Positions 51,910 to 54,101 of a stretch of DNA of 54,101 nt are shown here, in pieces. The position numbers and the translations under genes are program-made. Each line of letters begins with the position of its first letter. Positions within the stretch are counted from its first letter, which is position 1. The notes below the pieces were generated by a model. It made no database searches, was not told where the DNA came from, and saw only the letters and a list, made by a program, of their open reading frames with translations. The stretch is taken from positions 62,001-116,101 of the forward strand of contig CAUYUJ010000263.1 of NCBI GenBank assembly GCA_963575745.1, written 5' to 3'. The DNA is from Prorocentrum cordatum (Eukaryota).

Positions 51910-53048
51910 TTATGCGTGCGCCTGGGTGAGGAGGACCCTCCTGATGGGCCGACTGATGCATGCTTGGCCCGGCGCTGGGTCGATAGGGATGAGGATGGTT
52001 CCGCTGCGCATGTTGACCCGCAGCGAAAGGCCAGCGCGAAAAGGTATGCCCGTGCCGAATAAAATGGACCGTGCATCGGTCTCCTGAAGAATGGGGAGGT
52101 GAAAAAAGCGTGGCCTCTCCACTGAAGATGGCAGCCGGGTCTCCTGCCCGTGGAATTGCTCCATTAGGAGTCCTACATTGATGGGCAGTGGAGACCAGAG
52201 CGGAATGTGACCTGCCGTGATCACTACCAGCCACTGTACGACTGTAGGCTGCGGTGGCACGGCCTCAGTGGGTGCGCAGCGGACGTCGCCGTGCTCGAAC
52301 TGCGGCAGGTGCTGCGCATCTGGGGTCGGCATGGCCTGAGGGGCTATGGTGCAGGGAGGCGGAGGATTCGAGAGAGGTAGGACAACGGAAGGCAAAATGG
52401 CCGCACCAGGATCATGGCCTGGAAGTCAATTAGGATGGGGCTGCCAGCCGCTGCATCCTCCAAAAGACGCTGAGGGATGAGAGCAGGCTGTTCCCAGGCC
52501 CCCGTGTGGAGGAAGTCCAGAAACATCTGGTCGGGCACGTAGACAGTGACTAAACTTATAGCGGGTGAGAAACGGGCAGCATAGGGGCCTTCACCCGCTG
52601 CGCGATGAGGAGAAATGTGGAGTAAGTTGGGAGAGTTGGCCTCGCACCAACGCCCATACCACCGCTCGACTGTGTGATTAGCGACATCGGGCAAGTCCAT
52701 GTGGAGCTCGGGGCCTACGGTAGCGCGGGCGTGTGGCAGAGCAGGCGGCCCGCTCTCGAGCTGCCATGTAGCTTGCCATTGGGGTACCGAGGCAGGCTGG
52801 TACACAGCGGTAGGAGACAGTAAAAGAGCGTGGCGTCTCGAGCCGCCGCTGAGAAAGCGGTATGCCTGCTGGTGGGCCAGGAGAAGCCGTTCCGCCAGGT
52901 ACTCCCAAAAGGGCCATGCGCTGCGAAAGTCTGGGGGCAGCCGCTCCATAATGCGGAGCAAATCTAGGTGCCTCCCCGGGGCCGCTTCAGCAGCGGGCAT
53001 GTCCTCGTCTGCGTCGGCGTTGCCCAAGGTGCTGAGCTCGCGCATCAT
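51910..53048 (-). CDS. Orphan protein(s): ORFs 53048-52344 and 52395-51910, probably one gene with a frameshift
   Basis: ATG start, overlapping collinear ORFs and complex composition. No recognised domain. Confidence 0.4.
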
Positions 53049-53141
53049 GGCCTGTGGGGGGAGAAGCGAAGGAAAGGAAGCTAAGAGAGGTAAGGAGGGA
53101 AGAGGTAGGCCTGGGCTGAATTACAGCTGCATGGCGTAAGT

Positions 53142-54092
53142 TTAACGCCTGGCGGCATCGCCTCCTTCATGAGGCTTGCGCGGCCGCCTGGGCGAGAGGC
53201 GCTGACCGCAATGCGAGAGGCTTTCGCCTTCTCTTAACTGAAGTTTGAGGCGCTCCCTGTGTATCCTGTCGATACGGAGCTGGTCCTGCCTATGCTCCTC
53301 TTTGAGCTGGGCAATCCTATTCTCGTGCGCCTTGAGGACTGTACTGCGCTGCTCGTCCGATGCTGCGTCTGGCGCTTCGGCAGGCAAGTGCGAGCGCGGA
53401 GCCGCATGGGCAGCACGGTGAGACTTGCGGGCCTTATGGTGCCTTGGAGGAGGAGAGGCTGGAGGCGAGGCCGTGCCGCGGAATGCCTGCGGGCTGCTTT
53501 GAGCCTCGGCTGGTCCGCGGCGCTGTGGCGCCGGCTGCTTGAGTGCACTCTTGCGCGGCCCCGTGCTTCGGCGCGAATTGTATGCCACCCTAGGGGCTTT
53601 GGCCGTGAATTCGTCTGTAAAGGAGACCTGTTTGCGCTTGCGAGTGGCAGAGGCGCGGGGCACTGCTGGCTGTTCAGCTGGCCCCGGAGAATCCTGCGGG
53701 GGAAAAGGGGAAGAGACAGAGGAATATGAGGCATCGTCTACTTGCGCAAGCCTCCTAGGAAACGCTGGCGAACTGGAGGCCCTGCGCGGCTGACGCCTGT
53801 GGGGGGCTGCAACTTTGCGTGATTCGCGCGGAGGTGGAGGTGAGGGACGCGCAGCATGGGGTGGAGAAAAAGGAGAGGCGGCCTGGCCGATCCAGCCTTC
53901 CGGAATGGCGGCTTTGGCCTTCACTGTGGGATGATCAGGGGGAGGCAAGGGGGGCATGGCGCGCGGAGGTGGCGGAGGATGAAAGGTGGCTCCATAGATG
54001 TGCCTGCCGCGTCCCACGGGGGGGCCGTTGAAATCGCCAGGTGGGCGTGGGGGGCCTGAGGCTGAGGGGGTGCTAGACAGGGAGCGCTGCAC
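53142..54092 (-). CDS. Pro/Arg-rich disordered protein with a C-terminal coiled coil (may begin beyond the window)
   Basis: 316-codon ORF with heptad-like VLKAHENRIAQLKEEHRQDQLRIDRIHRERLKL. Confidence 0.4.
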   Translation of the reverse strand: MQRSLSSTPSASGPPRPPGDFNGPPVGRGRHIYGATFHPPPPPRAMPPLPPPDHPTVKAKAAIPEGWIGQAASPFSPPHAARPSPPPPRESRKVAAPHRRQPRRASSSPAFPRRLAQVDDASYSSVSSPFPPQDSPGPAEQPAVPRASATRKRKQVSFTDEFTAKAPRVAYNSRRSTGPRKSALKQPAPQRRGPAEAQSSPQAFRGTASPPASPPPRHHKARKSHRAAHAAPRSHLPAEAPDAASDEQRSTVLKAHENRIAQLKEEHRQDQLRIDRIHRERLKLQLREGESLSHCGQRLSPRRPRKPHEGGDAARR

Positions 54093-54101
54093 TGCCTTGG
54101 C

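Overview
Repeat-dense, GC-rich eukaryotic nuclear DNA, most probably from a dinoflagellate. The evidence is several relict spliced-leader (SL) copies, an AG|GA...AG|G intron and abundant (GGA)n/(GTC)n/(GT)n tracts; Prorocentrum-like is an inference. Most ORF-track entries are microsatellite or GC artefacts. Supportable content: (1) an apparently intact ubiquitin-like / HET(TIR-like) / LRR gene (20575-22690) whose single intron is a TIR element with a 5-bp TSD, i.e. an Introner-like insertion; (2) a decayed Penelope-like retroelement with N-terminal GIY-YIG, RT, extra ORFs and a pseudo-LTR (13783-19477, minus); (3) a decayed DDE/hAT-like transposase (~31.3-34.9 kb) lying between two decayed genes of similar architecture that end in a cupin/JmjC-like motif and each follow an SL relict; (4) at least seven small elements of unrelated sequence that all have T...A ends and 5-bp TSDs; (5) a ~1.7-kb tandem array of diverged, base-paired units with compensatory substitutions (49.6-51.35 kb) directly downstream of tightly packed orphan ORFs. 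Item 5 is the least explained and most interesting signal. All protein family calls come from motif recognition by eye, not database searches.
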